The notes beneath the pieces are model-generated. The model saw only the letters and a list, made by a program, of their open reading frames with translations. It searched no databases and was not told where the DNA came from. This document shows, in pieces, positions 55,853 through 64,000 of a DNA stretch of 64,000 nucleotides; position 1 is the stretch's first letter; every line of letters begins with the position of its first letter. Where the stretch lies: contig JAHLLB010000021.1 of the NCBI GenBank assembly GCA_020444425.1, positions 5,038-69,037 of the forward strand. Direction: 5' to 3'. A program made the position numbers and the translations under genes. Source of the stretch: a bacterium. GTDB taxonomy: Bacteria; Electryoneota; Electryoneia; Electryoneales; Electryoneaceae.

Positions 55853-57077
55853 GACGGCTATCCCCCATCAGTTTGTTCAACAAGGCCTCACGGCCGGTTT
55901 CCACGTATCCCTTCGGCAGACGCTCAAGCACCGCCTCATAGTACCCGGCGAGGATGATGCGCATCGCCTCATCGCGATGAATGCCGCGGCTCTCGAAATA
56001 AAACAGCTGCTCTTCCTCGAGCGGACCGACGGTCACACCATGCGAGCATTTGACGTCGTCGTTCACGATTTCCAGTTCCGGGATGGACTCCACGTGTGCC
56101 GTTTCGCTCAGCAGCAGGTTCCGGTTCTCCTGGTACGCTTCGCAAACCGCAGCGTGTTCGTCAATCGCGATCAGGCCCGTGTAGGCGGACATCGAATTGT
56201 CACGCAGCGCCACCTTGTACAGCAGGTCGGAGAAAGATTCACCGGACGTGTGCTGGTGGCGGGTGTGCATGTCAAAGTGCTGCTCTTTGTCGCCCAACAG
56301 CAGGCCGGACCAGCGGCTCGACGCGCCCCGTCCCGCCAGCAGTGTCGACCAGTTGATCTTGGCGATACCGGCGTTCAACGACAGGCCGGTGCTCTGCAGA
56401 TCGACATCACGGCCGATCTTGTTGCGCTGCGTCAGGAACAGCGTCTGGTTGTCCGGCAGGTCGACGGTGGTCGCGATTTTGACGCGTGCGGCGTCATGGG
56501 CGATCACCTCGACTACGGAATTGATCTGGCCGTGGACGCCGGACTCGCCGTTGTATTCGTCCACGATCGACACTTCGGCATTCTTGCCGGCGATCACCAG
56601 CAGCCGTGTCGCGAACAATCCGCCATTCGTGGAACGGCGCAGATGGATCGGCGCCTCGAACTCGGCGTTGTCCGGGATGATCAGCACCCAACCCAACCGG
56701 GCGGCAGCGAAGTTGAACGCTTCGAATGTGTCAAAATCTGGGCCGACCAGCGATCCGAGGTGCTGTTGCAGCAGGTCGGCGTGCGACTCGGCGGCTTCCT
56801 CGAGTTCGATCAGTTGCACACCGGCATCGGTCGCCTCGGCGGGCAGATCGCCCTCGAGCGAACCGGTGATCACGGCGGAATCAAAGTCTTCCGTCGGCAC
56901 GAACACGCGCGGATCGGTGTATCGCCAGAGGTGCTTCACCCGGTCTGGCAGCGGCAGCGAGGAATAGGTTTCCCACGCCTGCTTGCGCTGTTCGTACAGC
57001 CAGTTCGTCTCGTCATCCAGGGGGAGACGGAACTCAGCCGTTCTTGTATCTATCGTTGTGTTGTTCATGGTACTCAT
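55842..57077 (-). CDS. sufD: Fe-S cluster assembly protein SufD
   Basis: Position between sufB and the Rieske gene. C-terminal beta-helix region with ...VKCSHGVTVGPLEEEQLFYFESRGI... typical of SufD. Confidence 0.85.
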   Translation of the reverse strand: MSTMNNTTIDTRTAEFRLPLDDETNWLYEQRKQAWETYSSLPLPDRVKHLWRYTDPRVFVPTEDFDSAVITGSLEGDLPAEATDAGVQLIELEEAAESHADLLQQHLGSLVGPDFDTFEAFNFAAARLGWVLIIPDNAEFEAPIHLRRSTNGGLFATRLLVIAGKNAEVSIVDEYNGESGVHGQINSVVEVIAHDAARVKIATTVDLPDNQTLFLTQRNKIGRDVDLQSTGLSLNAGIAKINWSTLLAGRGASSRWSGLLLGDKEQHFDMHTRHQHTSGESFSDLLYKVALRDNSMSAYTGLIAIDEHAAVCEAYQENRNLLLSETAHVESIPELEIVNDDVKCSHGVTVGPLEEEQLFYFESRGIHRDEAMRIILAGYYEAVLERLPKGYVETGREALLNKLMGDSRHGG

Positions 57078-57079
57078 CG

Positions 57080-58558
57080 TTACCCGACACTCCCTTCCAT
57101 CTCGAGTTCGATCAGGCGGTTGAGTTCGACGGCGTATTCCATCGGCAGTTCCTTGACGAACGGGTTGAGGAAGCCGTTGACGATCAACAGGCGTGCCTCA
57201 TCCTCGCTCAGACCACGGCTGGTCAGATAGAACACCTGCTCTTCCGCGACCTTGGACACCGACGCCTCGTGTTCGATGGAAACCTTCTCGTTGTCGATTT
57301 CCATCGTTGGATAGGTGTCCGTGCGCGACTTGTCGTCCAGCAGCAGCGCGTCACACTCGACGTTCACCTTGCTGTTGATCGCGTTCGGATATGCCTTGAC
57401 GAGGCCGCGATAGGACGACCGTCCGCCATCCTTGGAGATGGACTTCGCGGTGATGCGGCTGGACGTGTTTGGCGCAGCGTGAATCACCTTCGCGCCGCTG
57501 TCCTGGTGCTGGCCATTACCGGCGAACGCGACAGTCAGAATCTCACCCTTCGCACCTTCGCCGACCAGATTGATGCACGGGAACTTCATCGTCAGCTTCG
57601 ATCCGATGTTGCCGTCCACCCATTCGACGACAGAATTCTTGTGCGCCATCGCGCGCTTGGTCACCAGGTTGTAGATGTTCGGTGCCCAATTCTGGATGGT
57701 GGTGTAGCGGATGTAGGCGTCATCCAGCGAAATCAGTTCAACGACCGCCGAATGGAGCGAGTTCGAAGTGTACACCGGTGCGGTGCAGCCCTCGATGTAG
57801 TGAACTCGCGCGCCCTTGTCGGCGATGATCAACGTGCGTTCGAACTGGCCCATATTCTCCGCGTTAATGCGGAAATAGGCTTGCAGCGGGACGGAAACAT
57901 CCACACCCGGCGGCACGTAGATAAACGACCCACCGGACCAGACAGCCGAGTTCAGCGCGGAAAACTTGTTGTCCTCCGGCGGAATCACGGTCGCGAAGTA
58001 TTTCTTCACGATGTCTTCGTGCTCACGCAGGCCGGAATCCATGTCCATGAAGATGACACCCATGTCCGTGAGTTCCTGCTTCACGTTGTGGTACACCACC
58101 TCGGACTCATACTGCGCCGACACGCCGGCGAGGAACTTGCGTTCCGCTTCCGGGACACCGAGCCGGTCAAATGTCTTTTTGATGTTCTCCGGGACATCAT
58201 CCCAGGTTCGGCCCTGGAATTCCGCCGGCTTGATGTAGTAGTAGATATCGTCGAAGTCGATCTCGTTGAGCAACTTGGTGTTGCCCCAACGCGGCATCGG
58301 CTTGGCGTAAAAGGTGTCGAGCGCCTTGTGCCGGAATTGACGCATCCACTCGGGTTCCTTCTTCATCAGGCTCATCATCTCGACGACCTCATGATTCAGG
58401 CCTTTCGCGCCCTTGTGGAAATACTCTTCCGGATCATGAAACCCGTACTTCGTGAGGTAATCCGATCCGATCTGACGCAGTCCGGCGTTCTGTTCTGGTT
58501 CGCCGGGCTTTGCGCCATTCTCGATCAAGGTTGTATCTGGATGCAGTAGTTCTGCCAT
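57080..58558 (-). CDS. sufB: Fe-S cluster assembly protein SufB
   Basis: 492 aa with conserved blocks [55 protein letters not shown]. Confidence 0.95.
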   Translation of the reverse strand: MAELLHPDTTLIENGAKPGEPEQNAGLRQIGSDYLTKYGFHDPEEYFHKGAKGLNHEVVEMMSLMKKEPEWMRQFRHKALDTFYAKPMPRWGNTKLLNEIDFDDIYYYIKPAEFQGRTWDDVPENIKKTFDRLGVPEAERKFLAGVSAQYESEVVYHNVKQELTDMGVIFMDMDSGLREHEDIVKKYFATVIPPEDNKFSALNSAVWSGGSFIYVPPGVDVSVPLQAYFRINAENMGQFERTLIIADKGARVHYIEGCTAPVYTSNSLHSAVVELISLDDAYIRYTTIQNWAPNIYNLVTKRAMAHKNSVVEWVDGNIGSKLTMKFPCINLVGEGAKGEILTVAFAGNGQHQDSGAKVIHAAPNTSSRITAKSISKDGGRSSYRGLVKAYPNAINSKVNVECDALLLDDKSRTDTYPTMEIDNEKVSIEHEASVSKVAEEQVFYLTSRGLSEDEARLLIVNGFLNPFVKELPMEYAVELNRLIELEMEGSVG

Positions 58559-58741
58559 GTTTGTATCCTCCGTCGGAGGTGAACTTCATATTCATCATGA
58601 GTAGCGGTTCGATCTGAACAGGTCACGTTCTGTCTGTTCTTGATGAACTCAGATAAGCTGGATCTTCTTCACTTCATTCAGAATGACTTGGCACCCACCA
58701 GTCCCTGGTATTCAATCAGGCAGCCACTGAGAACCTGTGTT

Positions 58742-58762
58742 TGACTCACCACTCACAACTCA
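58742..58762. repeat. heptanucleotide tandem array (3 units, NNACTCA)
   Basis: tgactca ccactca caactca, ending 10 nt from the sufC stop codon (58773..58775). Confidence 0.55.
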
Positions 58763-58772
58763 TCACCTGAAA

Positions 58773-59537
58773 TCACGCCGCAACCGCTTCTTCCTTGAGC
58801 CAGTCGTAGCCGAGATCTTCCAGCTTGTGCGCGAGTTCCGGGCCACCGCTTTGCACGATCTTGCCATCCATCAACACGTGCACATAATCCGGCTGGACAT
58901 AGTTCAGGATGCGCTGGTAGTGGGTGACCATCAGGGCCGTATTCTCGTCACCGGCGATTGCGTTGACGCCTTTGCTGACGATCTTCAGCGCGTCGATGTC
59001 GAGGCCGGAGTCGGTCTCGTCCAGAATCGCGACCTTCGGCTTCAGCATCGCCATCTGCAAGATCTCGAAACGCTTTTTCTCACCGCCGGAAAAACCGTCG
59101 TTGACGAAACGCTCAGCGAATTCTTTCTTCATCTCGAGCAGTTCGAACGCGGCGTTGAGATCCTTGCGGAACTGACGCAACGTCTCGGCGGAATCGCCGT
59201 GACGAGCCTTCATCGCGGAACGCATGAACGCGGTCACACTCACACCCGGAACCGCCATCGGGTACTGGAAGGCGAGGAACAGACCCGCGAGGGCACGCTC
59301 GGTGGCGTCCATCTCGAGCAGGTCTTCACCGTCGATCTTGACCGACCCGGAGGTGATCTCGTAAGCTGGATGCCCGGCGATCGCGTTCGCCATGGACGAT
59401 TTGCCGGACCCGTTCGGGCCCATGATCGCGTGCTTCTCACCACGGTTGAGCGTCAACGAGACACCCTTCAAGACTTCCACCCCTTCGACCGTAACATGCA
59501 GGTCTTTGATCTCGAGCAGGGGGACCTTGTTACTCAT
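58773..59537 (-). CDS. sufC: Fe-S cluster assembly ATPase SufC
   Basis: ORF track extends to 59546 (GTG); ATG 59537 preferred (MSNKVPLLEIKDLHV). Walker A GPNGSGKSS, signature FSGGEKKR, Walker B AILDETDSGLD. Confidence 0.95.
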   Translation of the reverse strand: MSNKVPLLEIKDLHVTVEGVEVLKGVSLTLNRGEKHAIMGPNGSGKSSMANAIAGHPAYEITSGSVKIDGEDLLEMDATERALAGLFLAFQYPMAVPGVSVTAFMRSAMKARHGDSAETLRQFRKDLNAAFELLEMKKEFAERFVNDGFSGGEKKRFEILQMAMLKPKVAILDETDSGLDIDALKIVSKGVNAIAGDENTALMVTHYQRILNYVQPDYVHVLMDGKIVQSGGPELAHKLEDLGYDWLKEEAVAA

Positions 59538-59586
59538 GCTGCGCACTCCGTTCTATCGTTATCGTTTTGATGTTTAAGCCTCTTCC

Positions 59587-59728
59587 GGGGACACTTACTC
59601 CGTTAAGTGTCCTTGGATATTTCTACGATCACTCCGACGCGGACACAGATTCTGACGGGGACACTTACTCCGTTAAGTGTCCCCGGATGATCCTATGATT
59701 GGGGACACTTTGGGGACAAAGTGTCCCC
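59587..59728. repeat. cluster of three GGGGACACTT-family palindromic hairpins (REP-like)
   Basis: GGGGACACTTA-ctccg-TTAAGTGTCC(tt) at 59587..59612; GGGGACACTTA-ctccg-TTAAGTGTCCCC at 59657..59684; GGGGACACTTTG-gggac-AAAGTGTCCCC at 59701..59728. They lie between the Rrf2 regulator stop and the sufC start. Confidence 0.8.
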
Positions 59729-59752
59729 GCTACGCAGTCATTCTCCGATTCG

Positions 59753-60238
59753 TCAACCCATCTGCGCCTTGGCGAGCTGTTGCTTTGCCAGGTCGACAAT
59801 GCTCATCCCGGCACCATCGCTGGCACGGACGACATCCTCCAACGTCACCTGGCTGAGCAGGCTGTTGATCAGATGGTTCATCCCTGCCCAGACCCCGCGT
59901 ACCGAACAGTCCTCACTGTGGACACAGTTCTGGTCGCTGGCCGGGCTGCCGTAACGGTCGCAATGAGATGGGCCGAACAACGGTTCGCCGAGCGCTTCGA
60001 ACGCCTCGGTCAACCGGATCGCATCGGGCGTTGTCGCGAGGATGTAGCCACCGTTGCGCCCGCGCACCGAATCCACCAGCCCCGCCTGCCGCAGCAGATT
60101 CATGATCTTCGCCGCGTATGGCTGACTCATGCCCTCGTCCCCGCCGATGTCGGCGAGGGTAAGCGGCACACCGGGTCCCCTTTTCGCAAGCAGGACCAGG
60201 CAGCGGAGCCCGTATTCTTCAGTGGCCGTGATTCTCAT
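59753..60238 (-). CDS. Rrf2-family transcriptional regulator (IscR/SufR-like, Cys-containing)
   Basis: ORF track gives 59753..60424; start at MRITATEEYGLRCLVLLAK. HTH MSQPYAAKIMNLLRQAGLVDSVRGRNGGY. Cys cluster CDRYGSPASDQNCVHSEDC suggests Fe-S ligation. Confidence 0.85.
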   Translation of the reverse strand: MRITATEEYGLRCLVLLAKRGPGVPLTLADIGGDEGMSQPYAAKIMNLLRQAGLVDSVRGRNGGYILATTPDAIRLTEAFEALGEPLFGPSHCDRYGSPASDQNCVHSEDCSVRGVWAGMNHLINSLLSQVTLEDVVRASDGAGMSIVDLAKQQLAKAQMG

Positions 60239-60310
60239 GGTGGTTGCCGGAAACCGGTTCCAAGTGTTCGTTCGACCTGAAAGAGCTACAAAAAAGTACA
60301 GATTAACGTC

Positions 60311-60336
60311 AAAGAAAAAGGCGTCGTTTCGTCGCC
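60311..60336 (-). terminator. candidate rho-independent terminator
   Basis: On the minus strand, GGCGACGAAACGACGCC (interrupted stem) followed by TTTTTCTTT. It lies ~170 nt downstream of the AhpD-like gene and just upstream of the Rrf2 gene. Confidence 0.4.
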
Positions 60337-60503
60337 TTGTCTGCCTGTATCCGTTGGATGCTTCAAACGGCCCGAAGTTCCATTCGGAGCGCTCCGGGGA
60401 TCCTGCCCCGCAAATCCGATACAATAAAGTATAGTTTTAAAGCGTCAATGTCGAGGCCCGGTCTCCATGATCTCCTCGATCCGAGAATCCCATGAAAAAG
60501 TGA

Positions 60504-60890
60504 TTACGCATCCTTCGCCGCATCCAGCTGTTCCCAGCGAGCAAACGCGCGGCGCAGGTGCGGCACGACGATCGACCCACCGACGATGTACGCGATGGTC
60601 ATCGCCTCTTCGTACTCCTCGGCGTTGACGCCCAATTCGTGGCACTGGACGGTGTGGTAGCTGATGCAGTCGTCACAGCGCAAGACGGTTGACGCAACGA
60701 GTCCGAGCAGCTCTTTGGTTTTGCCGTCGAGCGCGCCGTCCTTGTACGCCATCACGTCCAGATTCATCAGGCGCTTCATTGACGTGCCAGCGTACTTGAG
60801 AATCAACTCATTACCCTCTTCGCGCTCTTTGTGGTACTGCTCCAGTGATGCGTTATCCACGAAAACCTCTCTCTCAACCACGGAATACAC
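60504..60890 (-). CDS. carboxymuconolactone decarboxylase / AhpD-like family protein
   Basis: KTKELLGLVASTVLRCDDCISYH, the CxxC-containing AhpD core pattern, 128 aa. Confidence 0.8.
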   Translation of the reverse strand: MYSVVEREVFVDNASLEQYHKEREEGNELILKYAGTSMKRLMNLDVMAYKDGALDGKTKELLGLVASTVLRCDDCISYHTVQCHELGVNAEEYEEAMTIAYIVGGSIVVPHLRRAFARWEQLDAAKDA

Positions 60891-60926
60891 AGAATAAACG
60901 GAAAGTAAAAACCTGACTTACGGCTG

Positions 60927-61313
60927 CTATCGGACAAACCGCTTGATCTTCGCCTGAGGAACATTGCTGAAATTCACCAGAAATCCCAGACGCATACCGC
61001 TTGCTCTCAAGTAATTAATTAGCTGCGCCTCATGTTCGGGTAGAAGTGCTTTCACTGATTTCAATTCCACGATGATTTTCCCGAAGCAGACAAAATCGGG
61101 TTGAAAGGTATGAGCAAGTGGATCGCCCTTGTATTGAATTTGCAACTGAGGTTGGGATTCAAAAGGAATACCCTGCAACGCAAGTTCTCTTTCCAGTCCT
61201 TCCTGATAGACAGATTCCAGGAAGCCTGCACCGAGGTGCTTGTAGACCTCAATGATTGCCCCTCGAATCAGGAAGGACTCGTCTTGGTAGAGTAGCTTTT
61301 CGTCTTTATTCAT
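60927..61313 (-). CDS. GxxExxY protein (PD-(D/E)xK-fold family)
   Basis: IRGAIIEVYKHLGAGFLESVYQEGLERELALQGIPFESQ...YKG...FQPDFVCFGKIIVELKSVK...HEAQLINYLRASGMRLGFLVNF matches the family pattern along its whole length. Lower GC than the neighbours. Confidence 0.8.
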   Translation of the reverse strand: MNKDEKLLYQDESFLIRGAIIEVYKHLGAGFLESVYQEGLERELALQGIPFESQPQLQIQYKGDPLAHTFQPDFVCFGKIIVELKSVKALLPEHEAQLINYLRASGMRLGFLVNFSNVPQAKIKRFVR

Positions 61314-61360
61314 TCAGGTTTCTTCCGTTTATTCCGTGTATTCCGTGGTTCAATCGTCCT

Positions 61361-61837
61361 TCAGTTCTTCCCCGGTGTTTTTTTCAGGATACCAACGACC
61401 TCGATTTTTTCCGGGGTGACGGTCATCGATTTCAGTTCGCCCCACTGCTGAGCGCGTGGCGGGATACGTGCGATGATACGCTTGCCGTCCATCTGGATCC
61501 GTTTGTCACCCTTGGCGCGGAGCATCAGTTCGATCGGTTTGCGCAGCAGGATCGAGAGGTTGGTGTTGAACGAGATCCGGTCCGGGTGTACCTGGAAGTC
61601 GTCCAGCTTGATCTTCGCCTTGATCGGATCGATGACACGCATGTGGATCGTTCCGTTTTCAAGATCCATGACTTCCGCGCGGCCGTGCGCAGGCGTGCCC
61701 TGCATCAGCTCGGGGAATTCGTGCTTCTGGATGATGATGGTGAAACCGTCCTTCGCCGCTTCGAGGTCGATCGGTTCACCGGCTTTATGCTTGCGCTGGA
61801 TCTCCTTGAGATCTGCGACAGTCAGGGTCATCGGCAT
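61361..61837 (-). CDS. hypothetical protein (158 aa)
   Basis: Host-like codon usage, no competing frame, no recognised motif. Confidence 0.55.
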   Translation of the reverse strand: MPMTLTVADLKEIQRKHKAGEPIDLEAAKDGFTIIIQKHEFPELMQGTPAHGRAEVMDLENGTIHMRVIDPIKAKIKLDDFQVHPDRISFNTNLSILLRKPIELMLRAKGDKRIQMDGKRIIARIPPRAQQWGELKSMTVTPEKIEVVGILKKTPGKN

Positions 61838-61870
61838 GGGAAATGTCCTTTGGTAACCAAATGGTGGGTA

Positions 61871-64000
61871 TCACTGGGATTCAGAGTCCTCGGGTGCCGG
61901 ATCTTCCGCACTGTCGGACGTTGTCCCGTACTTGTCTTTCAGGTCCGCTAGCAGGCGCAGGGCTTCCAGCGGGGTCAGGTTGTTGAGGTCGAGGTTGCCC
62001 AGCTCGTCCCGCACTGCGCGCTCTTCCACGGTGAACAGCTGCAGCTGCAACGGATCGTGCTGGGTCTGAATCTCACGTGTCTTCGGTTTCGCCAGCCGGG
62101 GCAGGTTATCCTCGGTGAATTCGGTGGCTTCAAGGGTTTTCAACACCTCGGTCGCGCGGTCGATCACGGGTTGTGGTACACCGGCAAGCCGGGCGACCTG
62201 GATGCCGTAGCTCGCGCCGGACCGTCCCGCCGACACCTTGCGCATGAAGATGATCCGTTCGCCCCATTCCTTTACCTGTACGTGCAGATTAAACACGCGT
62301 TCCAGCACCGACTCCAGCTCTGTGAGTTCGTGGTAATGGGTGGCGAAGAGGACTTTGGGGCGTTCGCCATCGTCCGCAACGGGGAAATTGTGCAGGTATT
62401 CGACCATTGCCCACGCCAGCGACAGGCCGTCGAAAGTGGAGGTACCGCGTCCGATTTCGTCGAACAGGATCAGGCTGCGTCCGGTGCAGTTGTGTAGAAT
62501 GTTGGCGGCTTCGTGCATCTCGACGAGGAAGGTTGATTCCCCGCCCGCGAGATTATCGGACGCTCCAACTCGGGTGAACACGCGGTCGGTGAGGGGGATG
62601 CGAGCCTCGTCGGCGGGGACATACAGCCCGGCGTGCGCCATCAGCACAACCAGCCCCACCTGCCGCAGGTACGTCGATTTGCCGCCCATGTTCGGGCCGG
62701 TAACCAGTGCGATCTGACGGTGGCCGTCCCCGATCTCGAGGTCATTGGCGATGAACGATTCCCCGGCGGGCAGCAGGTTCTCAATCACCGGGTGACGATT
62801 GCGCACCAACCGCAGGCGACCGTTCTGGTGAATCGACGGACGGGTGTATTTCTGTGCGGCAGCGAGTTCGGCGGAGGCCGCGAGCACGTCAAGCAACGCC
62901 AGCGAGTGCGCGTCTTGCTGGATCGGGCCAGCGTGTGACGCTACCCGGTCGCAGATCTCGTCGAAGAGTTGCTTCTCAATCTCGAGAATTTCCTCTTCAG
63001 CACGGGTGATCTTCTCTTCCCACACCTTGAGGTCGGGCGTGATGAAGCGTTCGGCGTTGACCAGTGTCTGTTTGCGGATGTAATCCTCGGGCACACGGTC
63101 GAGGTTCGCCTTGCTCACCTCGATGTAATACCCGAACACTTTGTTGTAGCCGATGGCGAGGCTGTTGATACCGGTGCGCTGGCGTTCCTCCTCCTGCCGG
63201 GAGAGGATGACGTCCTTCCCACCCTTTGCAATGGTACGGAGTTCGTCGAGGCGTTGGTCGTAACCGTCCGCGATCGCACCGCCGTGGGCCAGTGTCGCCG
63301 GCGGCGATTCCTTGATCGCACGCTTCAGTTCGTCCGCGAGCTCGTCCAGCGGATCAATCCGGTCACGGCAGAACTGGATCAGCGACGCCTGCGCCTCCTG
63401 GATCACGATCAGGATGCCGGGCAACGATAGCAGGGTATCACGTAGCGCGGCAGCGTCACGCGGGGTTCCGCGCCGGGTGGTCAGGCGCGCGGTGTGGCGT
63501 TCGAGGTCGCCGAGCTGACGTAACCGTTGGCGCAGCTGGTTTCGCAAATTTTGCTGCTCGAAGAATTCCTGCACTCCATCGAGCCGGACTTCGATCTGCT
63601 GCTTGTCGAGTAAGGGTCGCAGCACGTGCTGCACCAGCAGCCGCCGTCCGAACGGTGTCACGGTGCGGTCGATGTGGGCGAACAGGGTCGAGGCGGCATC
63701 GCCGGAGCGTAACGGTTCGACCAGCTCGAGGTTGCGGCGGGTGGCGGCATCAATGAGCAGGAAGTCATCCAGCGGGAGACGACTCAGCCCCTGAATGTGT
63801 CCGGGATCGGCACGGAGGTTCTCCTTGACGTAGTGGAGCGTCGCACCTGCGGCACTGGAGGCGGCTTCATCGGATTCGAGCCCGAATCCTTTCAGCGTCT
63901 GGACCTTGAAGTGGCCGGTGAGCGTGTCACGGGCGAAATCGGAATCGAAGATCCAGTCCGGCAAGGGCGTAAGCATCGTATTCGGCGGCAGCAATGGACG
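61871..64000 (-). CDS. mutS: DNA mismatch repair protein MutS (N-terminus beyond the right edge)
   Basis: Walker A GPNMGGKST, STFLVEMHEAANIL, DEIGRGTSTFDG, ATHYHELT. The reading frame stays open to the window edge and the N-terminal mismatch-binding domain is missing. Confidence 0.95.
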   Translation of the reverse strand, partial: RPLLPPNTMLTPLPDWIFDSDFARDTLTGHFKVQTLKGFGLESDEAASSAAGATLHYVKENLRADPGHIQGLSRLPLDDFLLIDAATRRNLELVEPLRSGDAASTLFAHIDRTVTPFGRRLLVQHVLRPLLDKQQIEVRLDGVQEFFEQQNLRNQLRQRLRQLGDLERHTARLTTRRGTPRDAAALRDTLLSLPGILIVIQEAQASLIQFCRDRIDPLDELADELKRAIKESPPATLAHGGAIADGYDQRLDELRTIAKGGKDVILSRQEEERQRTGINSLAIGYNKVFGYYIEVSKANLDRVPEDYIRKQTLVNAERFITPDLKVWEEKITRAEEEILEIEKQLFDEICDRVASHAGPIQQDAHSLALLDVLAASAELAAAQKYTRPSIHQNGRLRLVRNRHPVIENLLPAGESFIANDLEIGDGHRQIALVTGPNMGGKSTYLRQVGLVVLMAHAGLYVPADEARIPLTDRVFTRVGASDNLAGGESTFLVEMHEAANILHNCTGRSLILFDEIGRGTSTFDGLSLAWAMVEYLHNFPVADDGERPKVLFATHYHELTELESVLERVFNLHVQVKEWGERIIFMRKVSAGRSGASYGIQVARLAGVPQPVIDRATEVLKTLEATEFTEDNLPRLAKPKTREIQTQHDPLQLQLFTVEERAVRDELGNLDLNNLTPLEALRLLADLKDKYGTTSDSAEDPAPEDSESQ

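Noticed and set aside
59587-59728. Three ~28-nt palindromic repeats, considered as a possible mini CRISPR array.
   Set aside because: There are only three copies, the spacers are irregular (44 and 16 nt), one repeat is decayed and no cas genes or leader are present. The same palindrome also occurs singly elsewhere, including inside a CDS, so this is REP-like rather than CRISPR.
60383-60394. 12-nt perfect palindrome CGGAGCGCTCCG upstream of the Rrf2 regulator gene, considered as its operator.
   Set aside because: It is short and GC-rich in a GC-rich genome, and it does not resemble the AT-rich-flanked IscR-type sites I can recall. There is no second copy upstream of sufC.

Overview
About 60 genes from a GC-rich bacterial chromosome. 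Two secreted proteins carry type IX secretion C-terminal sorting domains, which suggests an FCB-group-like organism; the phylum cannot be fixed from the sequence. The backbone is housekeeping: tRNA-Leu(TAG), tig-clpP-clpX-lon, rsmE, trxB, a PadR/RDD pair, lexA, dtd, dnaE, murA, recN, nadA, an ABC/FtsX/LolA-like export operon, a suf Fe-S operon (Rrf2 regulator, sufCBD, Rieske ferredoxin, sufS) and a partial mutS. Several visibly lower-GC insertions interrupt it. (1) 13.1-15.1 kb, directly after lon: a very AT-rich operon encoding a 69-aa peptide with two repeated cores, an MvdD-type ATP-grasp peptide maturase and a 3-TM protein. This is the best candidate for an undescribed system. (2) 31.8-34.9 kb: a single-polypeptide Type IIG/IIL-like nuclease-methyltransferase between murA and dnaE. 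(3) 38.6-41.0 kb: an ORF-poor 0.8 kb stretch, a small ORF and a degenerate Y1-transposase/DnaA_C fusion. (4) 45.1-46.5 kb: a lower-GC secreted protein. The window also holds an interspersed repeat system made of 7-nt-periodic tandem arrays and GGGGACACTT palindromic hairpins. Two ~200-nt mosaic copies of it sit in-frame inside a membrane glycosyltransferase gene. All calls rest on motif recognition by eye. No database search or computation was run.
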